From: an uncultured Gemmatimonadales bacterium
GTDB taxonomy: Bacteria > Gemmatimonadota > Gemmatimonadetes > Gemmatimonadales > GWC2-71-9
Length of the DNA stretch: 64,000 bases
Direction: 5' to 3'
NCBI GenBank assembly: GCA_963825055.1
Contig: CAWGSK010000002.1
Coordinates: 64,001 to 128,000 of the forward strand
This document shows positions 37,122-47,843 of this stretch, piece by piece. The position numbers and the translations under genes were made by a program. Every line of letters begins with the position of its first letter. Position 1 is the stretch's first letter. Below the pieces are notes generated by a model, which was given only the letters and a program-made list of their open reading frames with translations, was not told the DNA's origin and made no database searches.

Positions 37122-40100
37122 ATGGACCTGGATGCTGTACGGGAATGGATGACAGTCGACTCACCGCTCTGGTTCGCGGTGAGCGCGCTTGCGCTGTCAG
37201 GGTTCACCCTCGGGCTGTTGCTGGTCCGGCGCCGCCTGGGCGTCGGCTGGCTCTGGCTCTGGGTGGGCGCCGCCACCGTGCTCATGTGGCTGGGCTACGG
37301 GGACAACTGGCTCGTTCCCGGTCCCACCGGTCTTCCCGTTCTCGTGGCGAGTGGCCTCCTGGCACCGGCGCTCCTGATGCTCATGCTGCTGGTGTACGTC
37401 GAGCACGGGGCCGCGGACGCCCGTCGCGTGGCCGGCGGCATCATTGCCACCTCCTTCCTGTATCAGGGCCTTGCGGCCCTTCCCGACTTCGGCCCCGGGA
37501 TCCACCTGCCCGCGGCTGGCTGGCAGATGGTCCTGGGGGGCACCCTGGGGTTCAGTGCGGGCCTCGCCGCGATGGCCGTGCTCTACCAGATCCTCACGAA
37601 TATTCGCTTCGCCCCACCGGTCTCGCTCCGGTTCGCAGTTGCGCTGCTGGCTGGCACCTTCGTGCACGGAGGCGTGTTCATGCTCGTGGGGCTGGGCGGC
37701 CCCACCGACTTTATCCTGCTCGACCCCAGCGCCTTCGCCACCGCGAAGCTGGTTGCCGGGATGATCCTCTCGCTCCCCGCCGCGGCCTACCTGCACTGGC
37801 AGCACCACATGGGGCGGCGACTGGCGGTCCAGGACATGGGGCCACTCGCCATCGCGGGCCTGGGGACGGAGGGGCCCGTTCCCACCTTCGAAACCTGGCG
37901 TGCGATGGCCGAAACCCTGGGTGACGGCATGACGGCCTCGGCGGATTCCCATATCATCTTCGCGAACGCGGCGATGGCGCGGATCGCGGGCTACCGCGAC
38001 GGGGAGGCCATGGCAGGGCTGCCCTTCGCCCAGTTCGTCCGGGACGAGGACCTCGAGCGGCTGCTCGGCAACCACCGGCTCCGGCTCGAGGGTGCGCTGA
38101 ACGCCACGAGCTACGAATGGCATCTCCGCCGTCTGGACGGACAGGTCCGGACGCTGGCCACCACGGCCACCCCGGCGCTGCTGGGCGGCCGGCGGGTGGT
38201 CATCGAGATCCACCGGGATGTCACCCTCGAGCGGGAGACACACGAGAAACTGGAGGCCAGCAACCTTGCGGTACACGCGCTCGTGGCCGGCGCGTCGGCG
38301 CTTGTCCCGTCGCTCAATCCCGAGAAGATCATTGCCTCCGTGGCGGAGCAGGCGGCCCGGCTGGTGGGTGCGGAGTTCGTCGTGTTCTTCGAGAAGAAGA
38401 GCGGGGCGGACCGTCTCGTCTGTCGGCATATCGAGGGCGCGGCCTACGGGATTCTGGTCGGTGAGGAGGTCAGCCCGGACGAGTACGCCAACGTCGGGTA
38501 CCTCCCGCGTTCCGGCGCGCGCCACTCGATGCCGCTCCTGGCGGACGGGCTCGAGCTTGGCCTGCTGATGATCGGCTTGCGACAGGAAGGGCGGCAGTTC
38601 ACCTGGGACGAGCTGGGCCTGCTGGATGCCCTCGGCGCAATGGGCGCCGCCGCACTCCGGACCTCGCAACTCGTCCGGAACCTGCGCGATGCCGAGCAGC
38701 GCTATGCGACCCTGTTCGACCAGGTGCCGACCCCGGTCTGGCTGTTCGACATGGAAACGCTGCACCTGCACGCCGCGAACCAGGCCGCGATACGCCGGTA
38801 CGGCTGGAGTCGCGACGAGTTCCTCAACATGTTGCTGGGGGAACTCGCACCGCCACCGGCGTTCGAGGGCCTCGTTGCCGGTGCCCGGCCGTCTGGCAGC
38901 CAGGCGCCGCCGCCGTTCCTGACCCGCCATCGGGACAAGACCGGCGAGGAGTTCGACGTCCTGATGAGCGTCTCGCACGTGGAGATCGGTGGGGTGCGGT
39001 GGGGGCTCGCCGCATCGGTGGACCTCACCGTGGACCGGAAGAACCAGGAACGGCAGCAGAACTCGCAGCGCCTCGAGTCGCTCGGCCGCCTGGCCGGCGG
39101 TATCGCACACGACTTCAACAACATCCTTACGGCGCTGCAGGTTGACCTGGCCCTGCTGGTCGGCGACTACCAGGATCACGAACCGCTCCAGCGGGAACTG
39201 GCCCACATCCTGGCGGCAGTCGAGCGCGCCAGCGACCTGACCCGGCAGATCCTGCTGTTCAGCCGCGGCGAGGAAGCCAAGCGCCGCCCGGTACACCTGA
39301 ATGAAGCCGTGCGCACCATCGAGCGGCTGCTCATGCGGTCGCTGGGCGAAACCGTGGACCTGGTGGTGGACCTGCACCCCGCCAACCCCATGGTGTCGGC
39401 CGACCCGGCCCAGTTGCAGCTCGCGCTCGTGAACCTGTGCCTCAACGGGCGCGATGCGATGCCGCTCGGCGGGGTGCTCAAGGTCACCTCGAAGCGGCAG
39501 GAGCTCGATCCCGCGACCGCCGAGCGACTCGGGATGCGACCCGGTATGGCAGCCGTCCTGGTGGTGGCGGACACCGGCTCCGGCATGACGCCGGAAATCC
39601 TGGGACGGGCGATGGAGCCGTTCTTCACGACCAAGAAGGCGGACCGGGGCACCGGCCTCGGCCTTTCCATCGTGCATGGCGTGGCCCGAGCCCATGATGG
39701 CGCGGTGGAAATCGAGTCGCAGGTCGGGGCGGGGACCCGCGTCACGCTCTATGTCCCGGAACTGCTGGAGTCGGTGGCACCCGAAGGGGCCGAAGCGCCG
39801 CGGAACCTGCGGGGCGGAGAGACCGTGCTCCTGGTGGATGACGAGCCTGCGATCCGGCGTGCCGGAGGCCGGATGCTGGAACGCTACGGCTACCGGGTAG
39901 TGGTAGCGGAGGATGGCGAGGCCGCGCTCCGCAAGCTGGAGGATCCCGCCGAGCACATTGATCTCGTCATCACCGACATGGTGATGCCGCGGCTCGATGC
40001 CCGCGGGCTGATCGAGGTGGTCCGTCGGAAGTGGCCCGACCTCCCGGTCCTGCTCTCCACGGGGTACGATGACAACCGCCTGAGTGCCGGGATCTCCGAG

Positions 40101-40187
40101 CTCTTCAACGCGCTGGTGGCCAAGCCCTATACTCCCGACGAGATCCTGGGGGCGGTCCGGGACGTGCTGGACGGCGTCAGGCCCTAG
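37122..40187 (+). CDS. Hybrid sensor kinase: membrane domain-PAS-GAF-PAS-HisKA-HATPase-REC
   Basis: GGIAHDFNN, NLCLNGRDAM, DTGSG, EPFFTTK, GTGLGL, LVDDE..TDMVMP..KP. Confidence 0.92.
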   Translation: MDLDAVREWMTVDSPLWFAVSALALSGFTLGLLLVRRRLGVGWLWLWVGAATVLMWLGYGDNWLVPGPTGLPVLVASGLLAPALLMLMLLVYVEHGAADARRVAGGIIATSFLYQGLAALPDFGPGIHLPAAGWQMVLGGTLGFSAGLAAMAVLYQILTNIRFAPPVSLRFAVALLAGTFVHGGVFMLVGLGGPTDFILLDPSAFATAKLVAGMILSLPAAAYLHWQHHMGRRLAVQDMGPLAIAGLGTEGPVPTFETWRAMAETLGDGMTASADSHIIFANAAMARIAGYRDGEAMAGLPFAQFVRDEDLERLLGNHRLRLEGALNATSYEWHLRRLDGQVRTLATTATPALLGGRRVVIEIHRDVTLERETHEKLEASNLAVHALVAGASALVPSLNPEKIIASVAEQAARLVGAEFVVFFEKKSGADRLVCRHIEGAAYGILVGEEVSPDEYANVGYLPRSGARHSMPLLADGLELGLLMIGLRQEGRQFTWDELGLLDALGAMGAAALRTSQLVRNLRDAEQRYATLFDQVPTPVWLFDMETLHLHAANQAAIRRYGWSRDEFLNMLLGELAPPPAFEGLVAGARPSGSQAPPPFLTRHRDKTGEEFDVLMSVSHVEIGGVRWGLAASVDLTVDRKNQERQQNSQRLESLGRLAGGIAHDFNNILTALQVDLALLVGDYQDHEPLQRELAHILAAVERASDLTRQILLFSRGEEAKRRPVHLNEAVRTIERLLMRSLGETVDLVVDLHPANPMVSADPAQLQLALVNLCLNGRDAMPLGGVLKVTSKRQELDPATAERLGMRPGMAAVLVVADTGSGMTPEILGRAMEPFFTTKKADRGTGLGLSIVHGVARAHDGAVEIESQVGAGTRVTLYVPELLESVAPEGAEAPRNLRGGETVLLVDDEPAIRRAGGRMLERYGYRVVVAEDGEAALRKLEDPAEHIDLVITDMVMPRLDARGLIEVVRRKWPDLPVLLSTGYDDNRLSAGISELFNALVAKPYTPDEILGAVRDVLDGVRP

Positions 40188-40255
40188 GGACGCGTTCCCC
40201 GGCGGTGGGGCCCCTGCTATACTTCGGCTTTTCCCGCTCCCTGGACAAGGATGTC

Positions 40256-40738
40256 ATGACCGTGTGGCGACTGCTGGCCCTGGTGCCGGCGTTCCTGCTC
40301 GTCGGCACCAGTTGCCACCTGGAGGACCGTACTCCCGCCGGCAGCCGGCGCGACGACGCGGCCATTCGCGCCGTCATTACCACCTACTATGAAGCGCTGG
40401 CCAGCGGTGATCTCGGCCGCTACCGCGAACTCTTCGCACCCGGCGCAGTCGTCCAGGGGCCCGTGCCGGCCGATGCGGCCGCGGGCACGCACTCGGTCCT
40501 CGCGTTCGATTCGCTGGTGGCCGGCTGGCGGGGCGCCGGCATGCCCACCGGGGACGCCGGCCGGATCATCCGGACCGACGTCCGGCAGCGCAACGGGGTC
40601 GCCACCGCCTGGGTCACCGTCGACCACGACACATTTGCGACCGCGCAGGAACACGTGGACCTCTTCGTACTGGAGCGTTACGGTGCCGGCTGGCGGATTC
40701 TCCTGCTGACACCGATGCCCGGCGGGACGGTAAGTTGA
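40256..40738 (+). CDS. NTF2/SnoaL-like exported protein, possible lipoprotein
   Basis: Signal ending GTSC; AIRAVITTYYEAL..GD, GWRI ending. Confidence 0.7.
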   Translation: MTVWRLLALVPAFLLVGTSCHLEDRTPAGSRRDDAAIRAVITTYYEALASGDLGRYRELFAPGAVVQGPVPADAAAGTHSVLAFDSLVAGWRGAGMPTGDAGRIIRTDVRQRNGVATAWVTVDHDTFATAQEHVDLFVLERYGAGWRILLLTPMPGGTVS

Positions 40739-42243
40739 TGACGGGCCCGGCTTCCCCAGCTTCCATGCTTGACCTCCTCGGCGCGGTCGCACGGCGCCTC
40801 GGCACCGGCGATCCGCCCGAGCGGGCGCTGCAGGAGGTCGTCTCCCTCGTGGCCACCCGCCTGGAGGTCCCGAACGTCCGGCTCTGGTACCGGGAACCTC
40901 GCGCCACCACGTACCGCCGGGTGTCGCATGCTGCGAGTGAGCGCGGCGCCGAGCCGGTGCGTGCGGTGCCGCCGCCGCCGGAAGGATTTCGTCGCCTGGT
41001 CCTCCTCCACGAGGCCGAGCACTTCGGCGTTCTGGATTCCCATGATCCGGCCGGCGAGCCGGCGCGGGAGACGCTCGCGGTGGTGGCGGACATGCTCTCC
41101 CCCTACCTCGCACACCTCGAACTCTCCGGGGACCTCGCGGCGGAGGTGGCCCTGCGGTCGCGGGAGGTGGAATCTCAGCGCCGGTTCATCAGCCATGTCA
41201 TTGACGCCCTGCCGGTCGGGGTGTACGTCATCGACCGGGAATACTGCATCCAGTTGTGGAATCGCAAGCGCGAGACCGGCACCCAGGGCCTGTTGCGTGA
41301 CGATGTCCTGGGGCGGCCCCTCTTCGAGGTGCTCACCCGCCAGCCTGCCGACGAGCTTCGCGCGGAGTTTGACGACGTCTTCTCCTCCGGCGAGGAGCGC
41401 CAGTTCGAGATCGAGGTGACGTTTCCTGACGAGCGGCGCACCTTCCGGATCCGGAAGGTGCCGATGCGGCTCGAGGGGGACGCGACCGTTTCCCACGTGA
41501 TTACCATCGGCGAGGATGTGACCCACTGGCGGGCCGTGCAGCAGCAGGTCGTCCAGAGCGAGAAGCTCGCCGCCGTCGGCCAGCTGACCGCCGGGATCAT
41601 GCACGAGATCAACAACCCGCTCGCGACCATCGGCGCGTGCGTCGTGGCCATGGAGGGCCGGCTGGCCGACCTCGCCCCGGAGGTCCGGACCGTCATGCTC
41701 GACTATCTCGGGATCGTCGAGAAGGAAGTCGAGCGCTGCACCAGCATCCTGGACGGCCTGCTCGATTTCAGCCGGCCGGTGGGACGGTCCAAGGCGCCGG
41801 TCGACGTGAACGCGCTGATGGAGGACACGCTGTTCCTTGTTCAGCACCACAAGGGATTTCGCCTGCTCGAGGTGTCACGCGAGCTTGGTTCCGGCCTGCC
41901 CGAGGTGGACGCGAACGGCGGCCAGATCCTGCAGGTGTTCATGGCCATCATCCTGAATGCGATCGACGCGATGCCCCAGGGCGGGACGTTGCGGGTCCGC
42001 ACCATGGCGGACGATACCGGCCACGTCGTGGCGGAGTTCCAGGACACGGGACGGGGCATCCCCCGCGCGGACCTGCCCAAGATTTTCGAGCCGTTTTTCA
42101 CGACCAAGGAGCCGGGGCAGGGGACGGGCCTCGGGCTCTCGATCTGCTATGGCATCATGCAGGAACATGGGGGAGACATCGCCGTGGACAGTGTCCCCGG
42201 CGAGGGATCCGTCTTCCGTGTCACCCTCCCGGTGCGCCCGTGA
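40738..42243 (+). CDS. Cytoplasmic PAS sensor histidine kinase (NtrB-like)
   Basis: [41 protein letters not shown]. Confidence 0.92.
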   Translation: MTGPASPASMLDLLGAVARRLGTGDPPERALQEVVSLVATRLEVPNVRLWYREPRATTYRRVSHAASERGAEPVRAVPPPPEGFRRLVLLHEAEHFGVLDSHDPAGEPARETLAVVADMLSPYLAHLELSGDLAAEVALRSREVESQRRFISHVIDALPVGVYVIDREYCIQLWNRKRETGTQGLLRDDVLGRPLFEVLTRQPADELRAEFDDVFSSGEERQFEIEVTFPDERRTFRIRKVPMRLEGDATVSHVITIGEDVTHWRAVQQQVVQSEKLAAVGQLTAGIMHEINNPLATIGACVVAMEGRLADLAPEVRTVMLDYLGIVEKEVERCTSILDGLLDFSRPVGRSKAPVDVNALMEDTLFLVQHHKGFRLLEVSRELGSGLPEVDANGGQILQVFMAIILNAIDAMPQGGTLRVRTMADDTGHVVAEFQDTGRGIPRADLPKIFEPFFTTKEPGQGTGLGLSICYGIMQEHGGDIAVDSVPGEGSVFRVTLPVRP

Positions 42244-42268
42244 GGCATGTGGCGACGGGAGCGACACC

Positions 42269-42940
42269 ATGAAGATCCTCGTGGTGGAAGACGACCGCAC
42301 GGTCGGCCAGTACGTCAAGCGCGGGCTGGAGGAACACCGGTTCCATGCCGACCTGGTGGCCGACGGGATGGAGGCGCTCCGCCTGGCGTCCGGGTCGCCG
42401 TACGACCTCATGGTGCTGGACCTCCGGCTGCCGGGGATGAGCGGGCTCGAGGTGGTGCGGACGCTGCGCGACCGCGGCATCACCACCCCGATCCTGGTCC
42501 TCACGGCCCAGGACTCGACCGAGTTCAAGGTTCAGGCGCTCCGCGCCGGCGCGGACGACTATGTCACCAAGCCGTTCGCGTTCGAGGAGCTGCTGGCACG
42601 GGTCGAGGCGCTCGGGCGCCGCCCCAAGGAACTCGTCCCGCCGGTCTACCGCCTCGCCGACCTCGAGCTGGACACCGGCACCCGCGAAGTCCGCCGGGAC
42701 GGGCGCTTGCTCGACCTCACGCCCAAGGAATACGCCGTCCTCGAGTACCTGATCCGGCACCCCAACCGGGTCATGTCCCGCACGCTCATCACCGAGTATG
42801 CCTGGGACTATCACTTCGACCCAGGCACCAACATCGTGGACGTGGTCATCAACCGGCTCCGCAAGAAGGTGGACGCCGAGTTCGACGACAAGCTCATCCA
42901 CACGGTCCGCGGCGTCGGTTACGTGCTCCGCGAGGAATAG
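42269..42940 (+). CDS. OmpR-family response regulator (CusR/CzcR-like)
   Basis: KILVVEDD, LDLRLPG, GADDYVTKPF, TNIVDV.I.RLRKK, TVRGVGY. Confidence 0.95.
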   Translation: MKILVVEDDRTVGQYVKRGLEEHRFHADLVADGMEALRLASGSPYDLMVLDLRLPGMSGLEVVRTLRDRGITTPILVLTAQDSTEFKVQALRAGADDYVTKPFAFEELLARVEALGRRPKELVPPVYRLADLELDTGTREVRRDGRLLDLTPKEYAVLEYLIRHPNRVMSRTLITEYAWDYHFDPGTNIVDVVINRLRKKVDAEFDDKLIHTVRGVGYVLREE

Positions 42941-42951
42941 GCAGCCGCGCC

Positions 42952-44382
42952 GTGACCACCATCCGTGTCCGGCTCACCGTCTGGTACACCATTGCCCTGA
43001 CCCTCACCATGGTGGTGTTCGCCGTGGCGCTGGTGGTGGAACGCCGCCACCCGAGCACCGCCGAACTGGACGAACGCCTCGCGCCGGAGGCGGCGTTCGT
43101 GTCCGACTGGCTCGAGGAATCGTACCGGGTCCTCGGCCGGGTCACCGCCGAGGACACCACCGCACTCGTGTCCAGCGTGGGCGGATACCTCGAGGGAGTG
43201 CGGGACCTGTTGCTGGTCGCGGACGACGACGGCAACGTCATCTTCACGACGGAAGAGGTGCGCCGCCTCTCGTACTCCTCGTACGAACGGCTGGCGAGTA
43301 TCCTCCGCCGGCGGACTGATCTCGCCACGTTCGGGACGGAGGCGCTCGCCGACTCGGTGGGGGAACTGCGCTACCTCGTCATGCCGGTGCGCGCGGCAGG
43401 CGGAGACGTCGGCAATATCCTGCTCGCGACGCCCGTCCGCGCCTTTACGGTCTCGCCGGTACACCTCATACGGTCCATGCTGGTGATCGCCCCCCTCATC
43501 ATTCTTGCCTCCGCAGGGCTCGGGTACTGGCTGGCCCCGGTGTCGCTGCAGCCGCTCGAGCGGATGATGGACGAGCTCGAGGCCATTTCCGACGGGCGCA
43601 GCCTGCACCGCCGGCTCATGGTGCCGCTCTCCGCGGATGAGCTGGCCCGCCTCGCCATGACGGTCAACGGGATGCTGGCGCGACTGGAGCAGAGCTTTGC
43701 CAGCCTGCGCCGGTTCACTGCCGACGCCAGCCACGAACTGAAGACGCCCCTCATGGTTGTGCGGGCTGGCGTTGAGCGGGCGCTGACCGATCCTTCCGTG
43801 CGGCATGCCACCCTGGCCGCGATGGACGAGACGCTGGAGCAGCTCAACCGCATGACCGAGCTGGTGGAGAATCTGCTCACCCTCGCGCGGATGGACGAAC
43901 GGCGGGAAGGGCTCGCGCTCCAGGAACACGACCTCCGTCCGCTCCTCTCCGAGGCGGCCGAGACCGCCGGCATGCTGGGCGAGGCCACCCGCATTGACGT
44001 GAGGGTCGTCATGCCGGAGGAGCCAGTGACGGCCGCCGTGGACTACGGCCGGATCCGGCAGCTCCTGCTCAACCTGGTCACCAACGCCATCAAGTACACG
44101 CCGGCCGGTGGCGAAGTCGAGCTGGCGCTCGGGCGCGACGACCGGGTCGTCCGCATCACCGTGCGGGACTCCGGGATCGGCATCGCCGCCGGGGACCTGC
44201 CCCACATCTTCGACCGGTTCTGGCGGGCGGACCAGGCCCGGACCCGGACCGGGGAACGGGCGGGCTTCGGCCTGGGTCTCGCCATCGGGAAATGGATTGC
44301 GGAAGCCCACGGCGGGTCCATCACGGTCCAGAGCCGCCCGAACCGGGGAAGCGTGTTCACGGTGACACTGCCGAGGGGATGA
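42952..44382 (+). CDS. HAMP-domain membrane sensor histidine kinase (CusS-like)
   Basis: Two TM, DEL.RLA..N.ML.RL, DASHELKTPL, NAIKYT, GFGLGLAI. Confidence 0.93.
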   Translation: MTTIRVRLTVWYTIALTLTMVVFAVALVVERRHPSTAELDERLAPEAAFVSDWLEESYRVLGRVTAEDTTALVSSVGGYLEGVRDLLLVADDDGNVIFTTEEVRRLSYSSYERLASILRRRTDLATFGTEALADSVGELRYLVMPVRAAGGDVGNILLATPVRAFTVSPVHLIRSMLVIAPLIILASAGLGYWLAPVSLQPLERMMDELEAISDGRSLHRRLMVPLSADELARLAMTVNGMLARLEQSFASLRRFTADASHELKTPLMVVRAGVERALTDPSVRHATLAAMDETLEQLNRMTELVENLLTLARMDERREGLALQEHDLRPLLSEAAETAGMLGEATRIDVRVVMPEEPVTAAVDYGRIRQLLLNLVTNAIKYTPAGGEVELALGRDDRVVRITVRDSGIGIAAGDLPHIFDRFWRADQARTRTGERAGFGLGLAIGKWIAEAHGGSITVQSRPNRGSVFTVTLPRG

Positions 44383-44414
44383 GGGTGCTCGGGAAGGCAG
44401 GTTCTTCATCCCAG

Positions 44415-44508
44415 GTCGTTGAGTCGTCAAATCGTTGAATCGTGAGTTGACCTGCGGCGGGGATTCTTCGACTCAACCACTCAACCACTCAACAACTTAA
44501 CGAATCGA
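44415..44508. repeat. Inverted octamer repeats (TCGTTGAG/A ... ACTCAACC)
   Basis: Seen directly; same ACTCAACC unit as at 10343-10378. Confidence 0.7.
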
Positions 44509-44693
44509 AGGCCTCCCCTTGGGCCGCCAGCAGCCCCCCGCCCGTATCCCCCATCACCGCCCTTTCCCCACCCGGCCGTTACCGTTTTGTCATCCGGTAC
44601 CAACCGGTGGATCATCCGCGCCCCTTATGATGGAAGCGGACCCCGGGGGGGCCAGGGTGGGCCACCGGTCTCCTCCGAATGGCGCAAGAATCC

Positions 44694-44733
44694 GGTAATC
44701 CGGCTGTAATGGTTTTGTAATCTCTGCTGTAAG
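44694..44733 (+). promoter_or_regulatory. Phased GTAAT direct repeats (44695, 44706, 44717; GTAAG at 44729), OmpR/PhoB-type site
   Basis: 11-bp periodicity upstream of tonB. Confidence 0.55.
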
Positions 44734-44792
44734 GCCTGTTAAGCTGGGGAGTTTTGGTTCAGGGTGTCATTAACCAGGCGACTGGAGGCCTC

Positions 44793-45494
44793 GTGTTCGA
44801 CACACTCATTGAGTCCAAGCCGAAGAAGGAGCGCTCGGCCCTGCAGATGGCGTTTTCGCTCATCCTGCATGGCGTGCTGATCTTCGGCGCGGTGAAGGCG
44901 ACCCAGGGCGCCGTCGATGCCATGCAGGATGATGTCCTCGATACGACGCTGATCTTCCTGGAAGCGCCGAAGGAAACGCCGCCGGAGCCCGAGCCGCCTC
45001 CGCCGGACCAGATTGTCTCCGCCAATCCGCCGCCGAAGGGTTTCCAGACCGTGGTGGCGCCGGAGCAGATCCCGACGGAAATCCCTCCCGTGAACCTGAA
45101 CGAGCGCCCGGTGGACCCGCGCGACTTCACGGGCAAGGGCGTTGAGGGCGGTATCGCCGCCGGTGTGGTGGGCGGGACCGGACCCGTGGAGATCACGGGC
45201 GAGGAATACCTCCAGGTGGAGGTGGACGACCCGCCGCGCATGATCAGCAGCGGTCCGCAGCGGTTCCCGCCGGCGATGCAGGCCGCCGGTATCCAGGGCC
45301 GCGTCGTGCTGGAGTTCGTGGTCGACACCTCCGGCCACGCGGAGCCCAATTCATTCAAGGTTCTCAGCAGCTCGCACAAGGCGTTTGAGGAGCCGGCCAA
45401 GGAGATGATCCTCAAGAGCGTCTTCAAGCCGGGCCGGGTCCGGGGCCAGGCGGTCCGGACGCGGGTGCAGCAGATTATCAACTTCTCGATCTAG
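44793..45494 (+). CDS. tonB: Energy transducer TonB
   Basis: GGAGG RBS; SLILH TM motif, Pro-rich linker, GIQGRVVLEFVVD..FKPG TonB_C domain. Confidence 0.9.
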   Translation: MFDTLIESKPKKERSALQMAFSLILHGVLIFGAVKATQGAVDAMQDDVLDTTLIFLEAPKETPPEPEPPPPDQIVSANPPPKGFQTVVAPEQIPTEIPPVNLNERPVDPRDFTGKGVEGGIAAGVVGGTGPVEITGEEYLQVEVDDPPRMISSGPQRFPPAMQAAGIQGRVVLEFVVDTSGHAEPNSFKVLSSSHKAFEEPAKEMILKSVFKPGRVRGQAVRTRVQQIINFSI

Positions 45495-45555
45495 TTCGCG
45501 GATCGCCGTCGCGCCGGTTCTGCCGGCCGCCTTTCTTCCAGGAGGAATCACAATC

Positions 45556-46285
45556 ATGGGTGTAGATCTTCTTGACCTCTGGGCACAGATGGGCACGTTC
45601 GTCAAGGGCGTGGTCGTCGTCATGGCCATCATGTCGATATGGTCGCTGTCCATTGTCGTGGCGAAGTTCATCGAGTTCCGCCGGAGCACGGCGGCCACGC
45701 GCAAGTTCGCGCCGGAATTCTCCCGTTCCATCCAGGAAGAGCAGCTCGACCAGGCGATCGCCGTTGCGGAAAAGCACAAGAAGAGCCATGTCGCCCGCGT
45801 GCTGGGCGAGGCGCTCGAGGAAGTGAAGCCGCTGCTGCGTGACCGCGCGACCGTGACCGCGGCCGACATCAACTCGGCCGAGCGGGCCGTCGAGCGCCAG
45901 ATGCTGCTCGAGCTCTCCAAGCTGCGCCGGGGCCTGGCGCTGCTGGCCACCGTTGGCGCGACCGCGCCGTTCGTCGGCCTCCTCGGCACCACGATGGGTA
46001 TCGTGAATTCCTTCGCCGCCATGTCGAGCGCGGGCGCTTCCAGCGGCCTCGCGGGCATCTCGGCCGGTATCGCCGAGGCCCTGATCTCGACCGCGTTCGG
46101 CCTCCTCGTGGCCATTCCGGCGGTGTGGGCGTACAACTACTTCACGAACAAGCTCGACTTCATGACGGCCGAGATGACCTTCACGTCGAAGGAGCTGATC
46201 GACTACCTCATCAAGAGCGTCGGCAGCGAGTTCGGCCGGTCCATCTTCACCAAGGAATTCCAGGCCCAGAAGGCGGTGAGCGGCA

Positions 46286-46305
<20 letters not shown>
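45556..46305 (+). CDS. exbB: MotA/TolQ/ExbB proton channel
   Basis: LATVGATAPFVGLLGT, GIAEALISTAFGL.VAIPA. Confidence 0.92.
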
Positions 46306-46732
<427 letters not shown>

Positions 46733-46811
46733 ATACCCCAGGCGACGGCCACGGTTCGGGCTCCCGACGAAGCCCGGGCCGCCGTCCGCCCCAGCAAGGA
46801 GAGTTCGGCCT

Positions 46812-47237
46812 ATGGCGATGTCGACGGGCGGCCGCAAGGGTTCCGTGCATGACATCAACGTGACGCCCATGATCGACGTGCTGCTGGTGCTCCTGATCAT
46901 CTTCATGATCACCCAGCCCCTCTCACGGATGACCCTGAGCGTGCAGGTGCCTCCGCCGGCGCAGCCGACGAACGAGAAACAGGAGCCGTCGAACCAGATC
47001 GTGCTCGAACTGCCCGACAACGGGAACTATTCCATCAACGGGCAGCCCGTACCCAAGAGCCAGCTGGACGCGCAGCTGCACGCGATCTTCGATCCACGCC
47101 CGGCGAAGCTGCTGTTCATCAAGCCGGGGCCGAATCGCGTCTACAAGGACGTAATCGACGCGATGGACGTGGCTCGGGGCGCCGGAATCCAGGTGCTCGG
47201 CTTCACCCCGAAGGAAGCGGACCAGCCAGCCGGCTGA
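46812..47237 (+). CDS. exbD: ExbD/TolR family protein, copy 2
   Basis: DINVTPMIDVLLVLLIIFMI. Confidence 0.92.
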   Translation: MAMSTGGRKGSVHDINVTPMIDVLLVLLIIFMITQPLSRMTLSVQVPPPAQPTNEKQEPSNQIVLELPDNGNYSINGQPVPKSQLDAQLHAIFDPRPAKLLFIKPGPNRVYKDVIDAMDVARGAGIQVLGFTPKEADQPAG

Positions 47238-47276
47238 TTCGCGTCGTGCCCGGGCCGCGGCCCGGCAGGAGGCAGG

Positions 47277-47687
47277 ATGGCGACGACCTATCAGCGGCAC
47301 ACGACGACCGGGGGCCCCCGGGCCGCCGTCAACGTGACCCCGATGATCGACGTCGTCCTGGTCCTCCTGATGGTCTTTCTCCTCGCCCTCGGCCTGCGGG
47401 AGAGCATACCGGTTCAGGTTCCCGCAACCGTGCCGGCCCCGGACCCCACGCCCCAGATCACCCTGCGTCTCCAGGTCGACGGCTCCTACGCCGTGAACGG
47501 CCAGCCCGTCCCCGCGGAACAGCTCGGGAGCCTCCTGGCCGCGATCTACCAGGACCGCCCGGCCAAGCTGCTCTTCCTGCGCCCCGATCCGGGACTGCCC
47601 TACGGCGACGTGATTCGCGCTGCCTCGATCGCGCGGGATGCCGGCATTACGATCCTCGCGTTTCAGGGGATCCGCCCCGGCAATTGA
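47277..47687 (+). CDS. exbD: ExbD/TolR family protein, copy 3
   Basis: VNVTPMIDVVLVLLMVF; similar to copy 2 (YxxNGQPVP..RPAKLLF). Confidence 0.88.
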   Translation: MATTYQRHTTTGGPRAAVNVTPMIDVVLVLLMVFLLALGLRESIPVQVPATVPAPDPTPQITLRLQVDGSYAVNGQPVPAEQLGSLLAAIYQDRPAKLLFLRPDPGLPYGDVIRAASIARDAGITILAFQGIRPGN

Positions 47688-47843
47688 CAGCGTCGGGCAG
47701 CGCGGTGACCTTCCGCTCGGGCGTTCTTCCGGGCGTGCGGGCGCGGCGCCCCGGAGCGTCATCATAGACAGGCGAGACCGCTCGAACCGGGCGCCCTCCA
47801 CCGCCGCTGCCGGCGGGGACAGGCGCCCGATTGCGTGAGGACG

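Noticed and set aside
37197..39956. 919-aa minus-strand ORF
   Set aside because: Antisense shadow of the hybrid kinase
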